NCBI GenBank assembly: GCA_045656665.1
Contig: JAZORP010000054.1
Span: forward strand, 1-62,451
Reading direction: 5' to 3'
DNA: 62,451 nucleotides
Origin: Acutalibacteraceae bacterium
GTDB taxonomy: Bacteria; Bacillota; Clostridia; Oscillospirales; Acutalibacteraceae
The notes under the pieces were generated by a model, which did not search any database, was not told where the DNA came from, and saw only the letters and a list, made by a program, of their open reading frames with translations. The translations under genes were made by a program, and so were the position numbers. This document shows, piece by piece, positions 52,262 to 62,400 of this stretch (positions are counted from its first letter, which is position 1; each line of letters begins with the position of its first letter).

Positions 52262-54883
52262 ATGGATATGATGATTTTTTCTCAAGCTAAATCTGTGGCT
52301 TTGGGACCGCAAAAGGAAAAATATCTCTCCACATTTTTAACAGCTTTGCTTTTGGCCGCTGTAATTTTTCTTCCCTTTATGCTTATGAGCGAAGGGTATT
52401 TCATATTTTACGGTGACTTTAATGTCCAGCAGATACCCTTTTATCAAGAATGCCACAAGGCTGTAAGAGAGGGCAACATTTTCTGGAGCTGGACAACCGA
52501 CCTTGGCGCCAATTTTATCGGGTCGTACAGCTTTTACCTTTTAGGCAGCCCTTTCTTCTGGCTGACAATACCTTTTTCAAACAGCTTTGTGCCATATCTT
52601 ATGGGGCCGCTGCTGATACTCAAATTCGCCTGTGCGGCGCTCACTTCTTATATGTATATCCGCAGGTTCACCCGCAGAAGTGATACTGCTCGGCTTGGGG
52701 CGCTTTTGTATGCCTTTTCGGGCTTTTCGGTCTACAATATATTTTTTAACCACTTCCACGAAGCCATCATCTTCTTCCCTCTCCTGCTGTTATCGGTTGA
52801 GCTGCTCTTGACAGAAAACCGCCGTTTCTGTTTTGCGGCGATGGTTTGCATCTGCGCCGTTTCGAATTATTACTTCTTCTTCGGAATGGTCATTTTTACA
52901 ATTATTTATTTCATTGTAAGGCTTAGCTCTAAATCGATAAAACTGAGGCTTTCGCACTTTTTGGTTTTTGTATTCGAGGCTGTGCTGGGGCTTGCGCTGT
53001 CGGCCGCCTTATTGCTGCCGTCCTGTCTGGCTATTATCGGCAACTACCGAGTTTCCAGCCTACTGACGGGCTGGAGCGCCATTATGTACGGCAAGGAGCA
53101 GATATACGGGAATATTCTGCAATGCTTCTTTTTCCCGCCGGACATTCCCGCTCGTCCGGTCTTTTTCCCGAGCGCTAATGTCAAGTGGTCGTCCTTAGGA
53201 GGGTGGCTGCCGCTCTTTAGTATGGTGGGGCTTTTTACCTGGTTTTCTCAAAGGAAAAAACATTGGCTTAAGCGACTTATCGGAATATGCATTTTTATGG
53301 CCCTTGTCCCGATACTCAACAGCGCCTTCTCAGCCTTCAATACGGCCTACTACGCACGCTGGTTTTATATGCCGATACTAATGATATGCCTTGCCACTGT
53401 TGCTCTGACCGAAGACAGCTCTGTTGATTGGAGTGTCGGCTACAAATGGGTGCTCGGCATTACAGTAGCCGTCAGTGCGGTTATAGGCTTCTTCCCGCAA
53501 GAGAACTCCGACGGGGAAATCAGCTTTGGGCTTTACACTCAAAGTGAAAACAATATGTATGCCTTCCGCTTTTGGATAGCCTGTGCGATAGCGATAATAA
53601 GCCTTGTGATACTGGGCTTGCTGCTGAAAATACTCAAAACCGACCGTGCCGCGTTCTGCCGCTCGGCCACGGCTTGTGTTTGTATCATTTCGGCAGTTTA
53701 TGCAACCATTTTTATAGCCTGCGGGCGTTCACACTCCTATAATATAGAAACCGTTGTCATCGACCAGCTCATCGAGGGAGAGGTCGATTTGGAGGACAAC
53801 AGCAAATACCGTGTAGATGTTTACAGCGGGGTGGACAATACCTCTATGTATTTAGGGTTATCTGGGATAAATGCCTTTCACTCAATAGTTCCGGATTCGG
53901 TTTTTGAATTTTATGACTATATAGGTGTTGAGCGTACCGTCGGCAGCAGACCGAGAGCCGATATTGCAGCCATAAGGCCGTTGCTGTCGGTCAAGTATCT
54001 GCTTAACCGTGTGGACGGTGAGAGCTTTGTTGACACCGATACTAAGGAAACCGCGATGCCGGGCTACACCTATTTAAAAACCGACGGTGGCTATTATATA
54101 TATGAGAACGACAACCACATTCCCTACGGTTTTTCATACGAATATTATATGAGCTACGATTTTTGCAATGCATATTTAGAAAGCAACCGCGCCGATCTGA
54201 TGCTCAAAGCAATACTGCTCACAGACGAGCAGATCGAAAAATACGGCCATTTATTCAAGAATATTGAAGATATAGAGTATGACGGGACATATACTCCCGA
54301 TAAGGTATCCTTAGCGCTTACCGACACTGCTATGGAATATGACGCCGCCCGCCTTCGCGAAACCTCGTCCGAGTATTTTGATACCGACGACAAAGGCTTT
54401 ACTTCAAAGGTGACCCGTGAGAGCGAAACGCTGGTCTTTTTCTCGGTGCCTTATGATGAGGGCTGGTCCGCCACGGTAAACGGGCAAGCGGCAAAAATCG
54501 AAAAGGTCAATGCAGGGTTTATGGCGGTTAAAGTTTCCGCTGGCACAAGCGAGATAAGATTTGATTATATGACACCCGGCCTTTTGACCGGCATCAAGAT
54601 AACTACCGTCGCCGCAGGGGTTTTTGTTGTCTATATTTTGGTAATCATTTTCCACAAACGAGGGCGCAAAGCAGATATCTGCTACCCCGAAGGCGACAGG
54701 CTCTTGGAGGAATGGCGCCGTCAAGAATTAGCAGAGGCTTGCAATAGCGCGAAAAATTCCTGCGCCCCACCCAAAAAGCGCAGTATTCTTGATGACAGCC
54801 CCGACCTTAAAATTCCTCCCATTAATCAAGGCTTCAGTGGTGGATTTAAGATTGATACCGATGCTTTCAATGATGATAATTAA
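52262..54883 (+). CDS. YfhO-family polytopic membrane protein (putative glycosyltransferase)
   Basis: 873 aa; more than 10 TM helices; FYGDFNVQQIPFY N-terminal motif typical of YfhO; large extracytoplasmic C-domain plus terminal TM. Confidence 0.82.
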   Translation: MDMMIFSQAKSVALGPQKEKYLSTFLTALLLAAVIFLPFMLMSEGYFIFYGDFNVQQIPFYQECHKAVREGNIFWSWTTDLGANFIGSYSFYLLGSPFFWLTIPFSNSFVPYLMGPLLILKFACAALTSYMYIRRFTRRSDTARLGALLYAFSGFSVYNIFFNHFHEAIIFFPLLLLSVELLLTENRRFCFAAMVCICAVSNYYFFFGMVIFTIIYFIVRLSSKSIKLRLSHFLVFVFEAVLGLALSAALLLPSCLAIIGNYRVSSLLTGWSAIMYGKEQIYGNILQCFFFPPDIPARPVFFPSANVKWSSLGGWLPLFSMVGLFTWFSQRKKHWLKRLIGICIFMALVPILNSAFSAFNTAYYARWFYMPILMICLATVALTEDSSVDWSVGYKWVLGITVAVSAVIGFFPQENSDGEISFGLYTQSENNMYAFRFWIACAIAIISLVILGLLLKILKTDRAAFCRSATACVCIISAVYATIFIACGRSHSYNIETVVIDQLIEGEVDLEDNSKYRVDVYSGVDNTSMYLGLSGINAFHSIVPDSVFEFYDYIGVERTVGSRPRADIAAIRPLLSVKYLLNRVDGESFVDTDTKETAMPGYTYLKTDGGYYIYENDNHIPYGFSYEYYMSYDFCNAYLESNRADLMLKAILLTDEQIEKYGHLFKNIEDIEYDGTYTPDKVSLALTDTAMEYDAARLRETSSEYFDTDDKGFTSKVTRESETLVFFSVPYDEGWSATVNGQAAKIEKVNAGFMAVKVSAGTSEIRFDYMTPGLLTGIKITTVAAGVFVVYILVIIFHKRGRKADICYPEGDRLLEEWRRQELAEACNSAKNSCAPPKKRSILDDSPDLKIPPINQGFSGGFKIDTDAFNDDN

Positions 54884-54947
54884 ACTTGTAAACAAAAACA
54901 GAATGTGATATTATATATTATATTTAAAGGATTAAGGCGTGATCAAT

Positions 54948-55958
54948 ATGTGCGAACAAAATGTCCAAAGCTCCAAAAAAAAGGTGTTGAGCTGTATCCA
55001 GCCCAGCGGTATGCTCACGCTCGGGAACTATCTCGGCGCACTTAAAAACTGGGTTTCTATGCAGGAGGAGTTTGACTGCACCTTTGCAGTCGCCGATCTG
55101 CACGCTATAACTGTGCGTCAGGAGCCGGCAGCTCTTCGCCAGCAGATATATTCGACCTATGCCCTCCTTTTAGCGTTAGGTATCGACCCTGCAACCCACA
55201 CAGTATTTATTCAATCACATGTTCCTTATCACGCGGGGCTTTCGTGGCTGCTTTCCTGCAACACACAGTTTGGTGAAATGGCCAGAATGACCCAGTTTAA
55301 AGACAAGTCGGCAAAACACCCTGAGAATGTGAATGTAGGGCTTTTCTCCTACCCCGTGCTTATGGCGGCCGACATTCTGCTTTACAAGCCCGACCTTGTC
55401 CCAGTAGGAGCTGACCAAAAGCAGCACCTTGAGATAGCCCGCGATATAGCAGGCCGTTTTAACAATATTTACGGCGATGTTTTCACAATACCCGAACCTT
55501 ATATCCCAAAAACCGGCGCTAGGGTTATGTCGCTTCAAGACCCAAGCAAGAAAATGTCCAAATCGGACTCTAATGCTAATGCCTGGGTGGCTATTCTTGA
55601 TTCACGCGATGATATAATAAAGAAGTTCAAGCGCGCGGTCACAGATTCCGAAGCCGTTGTCCGTTTGTCGGACAGCCAGCCCGGCATTTCAAACCTTATA
55701 ACCATCTACTCTGCCGTCACCGGCAAAACAAGTGTAGAAATCGAAAAGGAGTTTAACGGCAAAGGCTACGGAGACTTTAAGCTGGCCGTCGGTGAAGCAG
55801 TCGCAGACACATTAGCCCCCATCAAGCAACGCTATGACGAGATAATCAAGGATAAAAAAGCGCTTGAAGCTCTTTATCGCGAGGGCGCTGAAAAGGCTGA
55901 ATACACCGCGAGAAAAACCTACTCTAAAGCTATGAAAAAGGTCGGTTTTGTGCTATGA
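54948..55958 (+). CDS. trpS: tryptophan--tRNA ligase
   Basis: IQPSGMLTLGNYLGA, GADQKQHLE, KMSKS; GTG at 54939 is an alternative start. Confidence 0.95.
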   Translation: MCEQNVQSSKKKVLSCIQPSGMLTLGNYLGALKNWVSMQEEFDCTFAVADLHAITVRQEPAALRQQIYSTYALLLALGIDPATHTVFIQSHVPYHAGLSWLLSCNTQFGEMARMTQFKDKSAKHPENVNVGLFSYPVLMAADILLYKPDLVPVGADQKQHLEIARDIAGRFNNIYGDVFTIPEPYIPKTGARVMSLQDPSKKMSKSDSNANAWVAILDSRDDIIKKFKRAVTDSEAVVRLSDSQPGISNLITIYSAVTGKTSVEIEKEFNGKGYGDFKLAVGEAVADTLAPIKQRYDEIIKDKKALEALYREGAEKAEYTARKTYSKAMKKVGFVL

Positions 55959-56887
55959 GCATTCCGCTTGCAGGAAACGCTAAGGTAAAATCGGCAATTG
56001 CCGCCGCAATAAAAGAAAACCGCCTGCCCCACGCTCTGCTTATAGAGGGTGATGCCGGAACAGGCAAGCATACCCTTGCCAAATTCATAGCCTCGGCCGC
56101 TGTTTGCAGCGAGGAGAATTCTCCTTGTGCATCTTGCAAAAATTGCCGTTCGGTTTCTTCCGGGAATCATCCCGACGTTTCGGTCACTGCTCCTGAGGAA
56201 GGCAAAAAGAACATTGCCGTGGCGCAGATAAGGCAGCTCAAAGCTGACTGCTTTGTAAAGCCGCATATAGCAAAGACCCGCGTTTTTATAATCGACTCTG
56301 CCGACACTATGAATGAGCGGTCGCAGAATGCTCTTTTAAAGGTTTTGGAGGAGCCCCCCGGATCGACTGTGTTTATCCTAATCGTCGAGACTAAGGCGGC
56401 CTTGCTTGAAACCATTCTTTCGCGCTGTGTTTTGCTGACCCTCAGCCCGCCCGAAACTGAAGTTGCACTTGAATTTATTGAAAAAAACCATAACTATCCG
56501 AAAGAAGATATCATCTCAGCTCTCCAAAGTTGCCAAAATAACATAGGCAAAGCGCTGTTGCTGCTTTCGGGCAAAATCCGCACAAAAGCCCTTGCGGCCG
56601 CAAAGGAATATTTAGATTATATGAGTGCGGAAAACCTTTGGGGGATGCTCTCGGTTACAGCCGCTTTCGAAAAAAAGCGTGTAGAAGCTGCGGATTTTTT
56701 CAAAAGCCTTAAAAAGGAGACTGCCGAGAGGCTTTGCGCAAAACCGGCAGGCGACCAAGCAAAAGCGCTTTCAAGATTTTATTCTGCTCTTTGCGAGCTG
56801 GACAAAAATCTAGAGGCCAACATTAATTTAAACCTTTTATTCTGCACACTTGTGAGTAAAACAAACGAAATTATATCCAACAGATAA
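55955..56887 (+). CDS. holB: DNA polymerase III subunit delta'
   Basis: HALLIEGDAGTGKHTLA P-loop; CASCKNC Zn module; ALLKVLEEPP; ILSRC. Confidence 0.88.
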   Translation: MSIPLAGNAKVKSAIAAAIKENRLPHALLIEGDAGTGKHTLAKFIASAAVCSEENSPCASCKNCRSVSSGNHPDVSVTAPEEGKKNIAVAQIRQLKADCFVKPHIAKTRVFIIDSADTMNERSQNALLKVLEEPPGSTVFILIVETKAALLETILSRCVLLTLSPPETEVALEFIEKNHNYPKEDIISALQSCQNNIGKALLLLSGKIRTKALAAAKEYLDYMSAENLWGMLSVTAAFEKKRVEAADFFKSLKKETAERLCAKPAGDQAKALSRFYSALCELDKNLEANINLNLLFCTLVSKTNEIISNR

Positions 56888-56905
56888 TTTATTTTGGAGG
56901 TCTGT

Positions 56906-57757
56906 ATGACAGAAGTTGTATCGGTAAAATTCAGAGACGGGGGCAAGGCCTATTATTTCGACCCCGCAGGTAATACCGTTAAGGAGGGCGACCGCGTCAT
57001 CGTAGAGATGCAAAGCGGCCGTGAAATAGGCACAATAAGTGAGGCTAACCACTCTGTAGAAGACGAAAACATCGTTCAGCCCCTTAGAAAAATGCTGAGA
57101 ATAGCTACCGAAAAGGATTTGAAAAAGCTTGAGGATAATGCTAAAAAAGAGCTCGAAGCCTTTGATATATGCGAAAAAATGATTCTCGACCACAAGCTTG
57201 AAATGAAGCTTGTGAAGGTGGAGTACTCTTTCGACTGCAGCAGGATAGTCTTTTTCTTCACCGCTGACGGAAGAATAGATTTCAGAGAATTGGTAAAAGA
57301 TCTTGCCGCCCGCTTCCACACAAGGATTGAGCTTAGGCAAATCGGTGTTAGAGACGAGGCCAAGATGCTCGGAGGTTTGGGGATTTGCGGCCAGCCTTAT
57401 TGCTGCAACCGTTTTTTAAACGATTTCCAAACCGTTTCAATCAAAATGGCAAAAGAACAAGGTCTTTCACTCAACCCCACAAAGGTGTCGGGCAGCTGCG
57501 GCAGGCTGATGTGCTGCCTTAAGTATGAGCAAAACGCCTACGAGCACCTGAATTCCTTAACACCTCGCGTAGGCTCCACAGTTAAAACCCCTCAAGGTCT
57601 TGCAACGGTTACCGATGCGAACCTCATAACTGGAAACCTTTTTGTTAAACCCATTGAGGACGACGCTATCCCCTTTAAGATCCACCGAGACGATGTGAAG
57701 CTAGTGTCAAGAACTAAGAACAGCAAGGCTTCTTCAGATAATAAGAAGGAAGACTAA
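56906..57757 (+). CDS. ricT: PSP1-domain protein RicT/YaaT
   Basis: VVSVKFRDGGKAYYFD start; CCNRFL and GRLMCCLKYE Cys motifs; holB-yaaT synteny; start trimmed after GGAGG. Confidence 0.88.
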   Translation: MTEVVSVKFRDGGKAYYFDPAGNTVKEGDRVIVEMQSGREIGTISEANHSVEDENIVQPLRKMLRIATEKDLKKLEDNAKKELEAFDICEKMILDHKLEMKLVKVEYSFDCSRIVFFFTADGRIDFRELVKDLAARFHTRIELRQIGVRDEAKMLGGLGICGQPYCCNRFLNDFQTVSIKMAKEQGLSLNPTKVSGSCGRLMCCLKYEQNAYEHLNSLTPRVGSTVKTPQGLATVTDANLITGNLFVKPIEDDAIPFKIHRDDVKLVSRTKNSKASSDNKKED

Positions 57758-57893
57758 GCCGAAAGCAAATGAGAATTTTATCCTAAAACAATATTTTACT
57801 TGCTTTTTGAAATGTTTGTTGTTAAAATGATAAAGGAGTGGTCGCGGACGATGAGTTGCGGCCAACAAACATAGCTATGGAGGTGTGTTTAGA

Positions 57894-58064
57894 ATGGCTT
57901 ATAAAATTTCTGATGCTTGCATTAATTGCGGCGCTTGCGCTGCCGGCTGTCCGGTAGAGGCTATAGCTGAGGGAGATACTCAATATGTAATTGATGCTGA
58001 CAAGTGCATTGACTGCGGTGCTTGCGCTGCCGGCTGTCCGGTAGAGGCTATTTCCGAAGATTAA
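57894..58064 (+). CDS. clostridial-type 2x[4Fe-4S] ferredoxin (56 aa)
   Basis: Hand translation gives MAYKISDACINCGACAAGCPVEAI...CIDCGACAAGCPVEAISED; GGAGGTG SD; not in the ORF track. Confidence 0.88.
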   Translation: MAYKISDACINCGACAAGCPVEAIAEGDTQYVIDADKCIDCGACAAGCPVEAISED

Positions 58065-58201
58065 TTTATTACATATTTTAACCTTCAAAACAAACGCTTT
58101 TGCAGCCAAAGCTGTTAAAGCGTTTTTTATTACTATTCGACACGGTTTTCTTTTAAAATCACCAATTGCCGTATAAAATTATGAAAAAGGGGGGATTTGC
58201 C

Positions 58202-58660
58202 GTGGAAAACACAAAAACAATCACAACCAACAAAAAAGCCTTTCACGAATACTTTGTTATTGAAAGCTTTGAAGCGGGTATTTCCCTTTCAGGCACAGAG
58301 GTCAAATCCATCCGTCAGGGCGGCGTTAATTTAAAGGATGCCTGGTGCAGCGTTGATAACGGCGAAATGATTATCAAACAAATGCATATCAGCCCCTATG
58401 AGCACGGCAATATATTTAACCGTCCTCCCGCGCGCAATCGCAAGCTACTGCTGCACAAGCGCGAGATAATGCGGCTTTTGGGTGCGGTAAAGCAGGAGGG
58501 CTTAGCCCTTATCCCGCTCTCACTTTATTTTAAGGGCTCCCTTGTTAAGGTGCAGTTGGGGCTCTGCAAGGGCAAAAAGCTTCACGACAAGCGCGAGGCG
58601 GCCGCAAAGCGAGATGCCGACAGAGCAATTGACAGGGCAATTAAGGAACAAAACAGATAA
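58202..58660 (+). CDS. smpB: SsrA-binding protein
   Basis: NKKAFHEYF, GTEVKS, KLLLHKRE motifs; GTG 58202 preferred (AAGGGGGG SD); ATG 58181 is the alternative. Confidence 0.92.
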   Translation: MENTKTITTNKKAFHEYFVIESFEAGISLSGTEVKSIRQGGVNLKDAWCSVDNGEMIIKQMHISPYEHGNIFNRPPARNRKLLLHKREIMRLLGAVKQEGLALIPLSLYFKGSLVKVQLGLCKGKKLHDKREAAAKRDADRAIDRAIKEQNR

Positions 58661-58701
58661 ATGATTTTTCTATTACCCCTTGCCTTTTAATCTAAAAATA
58701 T

Positions 58702-59059
58702 GGGGATGTAAAGGTTTCGACGGGGATTTTGAAATATCGGAAGCGAGCAGCGGTGCGGAACCGCTCTAAAATCCGCATTAAAAATTAACTAACAACAATA
58801 AAGTTGCTTTAGCTGCCTAATTTAAGGCGGCTCATCTAACCCGGAAGCACCACGGTCCGGCAAGGGTGTTATTTTAGTGGTGAACGTGAACGGCGGAGCG
58901 CTCCTGCCGCCGTCACGGTTTGGGAGCTACTGAATACGGCAGTCCGACACTTGACGGCCGTATAAGGGAATGTAAAGATGTGTCTGCGCTCGGAGATGCC
59001 GGTACGGATAGATTTTCGGACGCGGGTTCGATTCCCGCCATCTCCACCAAAAATCCTTG
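58702..59059 (+). ncRNA. ssrA: tmRNA (ssrA)
   Basis: 5' GGGGATGTAAAGGTTTCGACGGGG; 3' GGACGCGGGTTCGATTCCCGCCATCTCCACCA with a G3:U pair in the acceptor stem; tag frame ...AAC AAC AAT AAA GTT GCT TTA GCT GCC TAA (..NNNKVALAA); next to smpB. Confidence 0.92.
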
Positions 59060-59092
59060 TTCTTCAGAACAAGGATTTTTTATTCAAGCCGA
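59060..59092 (+). terminator. rho-independent terminator after ssrA
   Basis: AAATCCTTGTTC / GAACAAGGATTT stem followed by a T-run. Confidence 0.75.
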
Positions 59093-59203
59093 TAGGCTTA
59101 GTATATCATCACACCGTGGTGTGTATACCTCTAAGAGTGCCTCCTCCAACACCAAAGTTCAAGGGTTTTAAGTTCTTGGAATTTTAACTTATTGCATCAA
59201 TAA

Positions 59204-59246
59204 AACACACGCCCTGCGGACCTAAACGGTCTACAGGGCGTGTGTT
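59204..59246. terminator. bidirectional terminator
   Basis: AACACACGCCCTG / CAGGGCGTGTGTT 13-bp stem with flanking T/A runs; downstream of the minus-strand 3D-domain gene. Confidence 0.6.
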
Positions 59247-59263
59247 TGTTTTGTATTTTAAAG

Positions 59264-60331
59264 TTACTCTAATATATATACTTCCATATTGCGCACACCA
59301 AATGAAACACAGGCGCTTTTAGAGGTCATAAACAAATCTATACCTGTAGGATGATTTCTTATGAACCCGCCCGTATCCGCTGCTACAGCATAACCGTAGA
59401 CGACGCTGCCGTCGGCAGATTTGATGTAAAGCTTTGTGCCGTATGGGATTACATTGGGGTTTACGGCGATATAACCGGGTTTCGGAGCAACGCCTGTCGC
59501 ACAATTATTACCGGTATAGGTATAAGCTGTGGCTCTCACCGTCATCTTCGACTTGTAATTCACGGGATTGCCGTTTTTATCAAGCTCTATAGCCTTGCTC
59601 GGAGAAAGCACCGAGACAGATTTAACATCGGCGCTGGTTTTAAGAACTTTTGTGCCTACAACCTTTTTCTCATTGACCGCGGCTGTTACAACATTGCTTG
59701 ATGTGATGCTTTTCTCAACCGAAACTCCGTTAACAAATTTCTCTGTGTAGTTCACTTCCCTCTCGCCGTTGCTGCCCGCCTGAACGGTAGTAACAACTCC
59801 CTTTTGGAGAGAGGAGGAATATGATGTCTCGGTAGTGTAAGCGATGGACTCGGTATAGCTTCCGTCTACATAATAAACATCAGTATAATCTATATATACA
59901 GTGTCTTTTATAATAGTATCGGCCGAGGGCTCGATATAATCGAACTCGTCAGCAGTGTAGCCAACTGCAGAAAGCGCGTCGGCCACGGTGCCGCCCGAGA
60001 AACTAATTTGTGTGGTTTTGTCGCCACAGGTTATATACACGGGATATGTGTAAGCTATTTCAACCGAAGTCGTTCTCCCTGTGACAGAGGTGTTTTTAAT
60101 TCTATAGCTGTCAGACTTTAGGCTTGCGTTTGACAGTATATTAGTTACATTGTTACTTAATGTGCGTACCGTATAAGTTTTTTCACCATCAAAAATATTT
60201 ACGGTGTAAATGGAAGAGTTAAGTAAAGTAACTACCGCAATCGTGATAGCAGTAATAACCGCTAATCCACCTATGCGCAGCTTGCTGGAGAGCTTCATCT
60301 CCGACAGCTGATACTTTAATTTTTTTATCAT
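59264..60331 (-). CDS. YabE-like cell-wall protein (DUF348 + G5 + 3D/RlpA-like domain)
   Basis: N-terminal TM; G5-like middle (VQAGSNGEREVNYTE); C-terminal 3D domain (ATAYTYTGN...GVAPKPGYIAVNPNVIPYGTKLYI...AADTGG); start trimmed to ATG 60331 after AAGGAG. Confidence 0.8.
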   Translation of the reverse strand: MIKKLKYQLSEMKLSSKLRIGGLAVITAITIAVVTLLNSSIYTVNIFDGEKTYTVRTLSNNVTNILSNASLKSDSYRIKNTSVTGRTTSVEIAYTYPVYITCGDKTTQISFSGGTVADALSAVGYTADEFDYIEPSADTIIKDTVYIDYTDVYYVDGSYTESIAYTTETSYSSSLQKGVVTTVQAGSNGEREVNYTEKFVNGVSVEKSITSSNVVTAAVNEKKVVGTKVLKTSADVKSVSVLSPSKAIELDKNGNPVNYKSKMTVRATAYTYTGNNCATGVAPKPGYIAVNPNVIPYGTKLYIKSADGSVVYGYAVAADTGGFIRNHPTGIDLFMTSKSACVSFGVRNMEVYILE

Positions 60332-60854
60332 CCAATGACTCCTTTTAAATACATTTTCAAGTCGCTCGGCTATTATAATCAATAAATTGAACTATGTCAA
60401 AGTCAAAAAAAGGGCTTGTTTTGTATCTTTTGACCAAAAAAATCCTAAAATTAAAAGGTTACAAAGCTGTAACATTTCAAAAAAAGGAAATATGTGACAT
60501 TAAATGTCAATCAACTTGTGCAGTCCTACAAAAAACCACAAATAATCGTCAAAAAGACCCCTTCAAAGGCACTTTTTACACTAAGGATAGTGGATTTTTT
60601 TATACCTGTTTCCCGCTTGATACAAAATATTGTTGTTATAAAAAATTAAAATTCTTTACAAATTACAGCTGTTATGTTATATTATATTAGGTTTTGATAA
60701 ACGAATATATAAATACATATATATTATATGTATGCCTGCAGGTTTTGATACCTTTTTATGGAATATATATTCGGCAGACCGCCGTTATATATAAATAATT
60801 CTTTAATGCAGCTTTAAAATATGCAGCATTAAGGGGTAAAACGGAGGAAGTAAA

Positions 60855-62228
60855 ATGAAAATGATCTACAATGTAGAAGACAAGCCGAAATTCGGCCAGG
60901 TCATTGTCTTCGCGATCCAGCAACTGCTAGCCATTATGGCAGCAACATTAGTTGTTCCCGTTATTATAGGCAACGGTATGAGCCCTGCAGCAGCACTTTT
61001 TGGCGCGGGCGTAGGAACTTTGGTTTATGTCCTCTTCACAAAAGCAAAAAGCCCCGTTTTCTTAGGCTCATCATTCGCTTTCTTGGGCTCGATGGCGGCC
61101 GCATTTGCCGGAGGAGTTTCAATGCAGCTCGGCTATGTAGGCCTTATATTGGGCGCTATCTTTGCGGGCCTCGTTTATGTTGTTATTGCCTTGATCGTTA
61201 AGCTCGTAGGCGTTAACTGGATAAACAAGCTTATGCCTGCCGTTGTTATCGGCCCCACAGTTGCAATAATCGGTCTCTCCCTTGCAGGCAACGCTGTGGG
61301 CGACCTTCAAAAGGGCGGTGTTTTTGATGCAGACGGAAACTCGGTTGCCAACACTCTCCTTTGTGTTTTGATTGGTGTTATAACACTTATTGTAACAATG
61401 CTTTGCTCAACCTATGGCAAAAAGATGGCAAAACTCATTCCCTTTATTATAGGTATCCTCGCAGGATATGCCGTTGCCGCAGTTTTAACAGTTATCGGCA
61501 TTGTGGCAGATATCCCCACCCTTCAGGTTATTGACTTCAGCCATTTCACAGCCCTCGTTGCTGACGGTGTTACACTCAAAACCTTTATCGATGTTCCGGA
61601 CTTTACATTCCTTACCGCAGTTAAGGGTATCGGAGAAATCAACGGCTCTTACATCAGCACAATAGCTGTAGCCTATATTCCGGTTGCTTTCGTTGTATTT
61701 GCGGAGCACATCGCAGACCACAAGAATATATCCTCCATCATAGAAAGAGACCTGCTTGAAAAGCCTGGTCTGCACAGAACCCTCCTCGGTGACGGTGTCG
61801 GCTCAATAGTCGGTGCCTTCTTCGGCGGCTGTCCCAACACTACCTACGGTGAATCGGTTGCTTGTGTTGCTATAACAAGAAACGCATCTGTTGTAACTAT
61901 AATCGCAGCAGCTATAGGAGCTATTCTCATTGCTTTCTTAACTCCCTTTGTTGCTTTTGTTAACTCAATCCCTGCTTGCGTAATGGGCGGTGTTTGTATG
62001 GCACTTTACGGCTTCATTGCGGTAAGCGGTCTTAAGATGCTCCAACAGGTTGACCTCAACAAAAACAAAAACCTCTTTGTTGCATCTGCTATTCTTATTG
62101 CAGGTATCGGCGGTCTGACTCTTACCTTCGGCAAGGTAACACTCACCTCTATCGCCACTGCACTTATCCTCGGCATTATAGTTAACCTCATTCTCTCTCA
62201 CGAGAAAGAAACCGCCGACGAGGAATAA
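60855..62228 (+). CDS. NCS2-family uracil/xanthine permease
   Basis: About 13-TM profile; AIQQLLAIMAATLVVP, FVVFAEHIADH and TTYGESVA patterns of UraA/PyrP-type permeases. Confidence 0.88.
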   Translation: MKMIYNVEDKPKFGQVIVFAIQQLLAIMAATLVVPVIIGNGMSPAAALFGAGVGTLVYVLFTKAKSPVFLGSSFAFLGSMAAAFAGGVSMQLGYVGLILGAIFAGLVYVVIALIVKLVGVNWINKLMPAVVIGPTVAIIGLSLAGNAVGDLQKGGVFDADGNSVANTLLCVLIGVITLIVTMLCSTYGKKMAKLIPFIIGILAGYAVAAVLTVIGIVADIPTLQVIDFSHFTALVADGVTLKTFIDVPDFTFLTAVKGIGEINGSYISTIAVAYIPVAFVVFAEHIADHKNISSIIERDLLEKPGLHRTLLGDGVGSIVGAFFGGCPNTTYGESVACVAITRNASVVTIIAAAIGAILIAFLTPFVAFVNSIPACVMGGVCMALYGFIAVSGLKMLQQVDLNKNKNLFVASAILIAGIGGLTLTFGKVTLTSIATALILGIIVNLILSHEKETADEE

Positions 62229-62246
62229 GTAACACTTAAAAATCTT

Positions 62247-62288
62247 AATCCCCCAACAGATTTCACAATCTGTTGGGGGATTTTTTAT
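62247..62288 (+). terminator. rho-independent terminator
   Basis: AATCCCCCAACAGA / TCTGTTGGGGGATT stem followed by TTTTTAT. Confidence 0.75.
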
Positions 62289-62400
62289 ACATATTAATTT
62301 TTTAGAGAAGCTACACAGCCGTATAATCTCCGTCTGCTTTTATTGTCGCCTAAGTTGATATGAAAATCCCCCTCCACTCATCCCGAAGTTAAATTTATTG

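Noticed and set aside
57822-58109. 95-aa minus-strand ORF
   Set aside because: It is antisense to the 56-aa 2x[4Fe-4S] ferredoxin gene, which has an SD and perfect CxxCxxCxxxCP motifs.
58920-59187. 83-aa and 69-aa + strand ORFs
   Set aside because: They lie within or overlap the tmRNA gene and its terminator, so they are not coding.
60394-60690. 98-aa + strand ORF in the long intergenic region
   Set aside because: It has no SD, its Lys/Thr/Cys-rich translation has no motif, and it sits in AT-rich promoter DNA between divergent genes.
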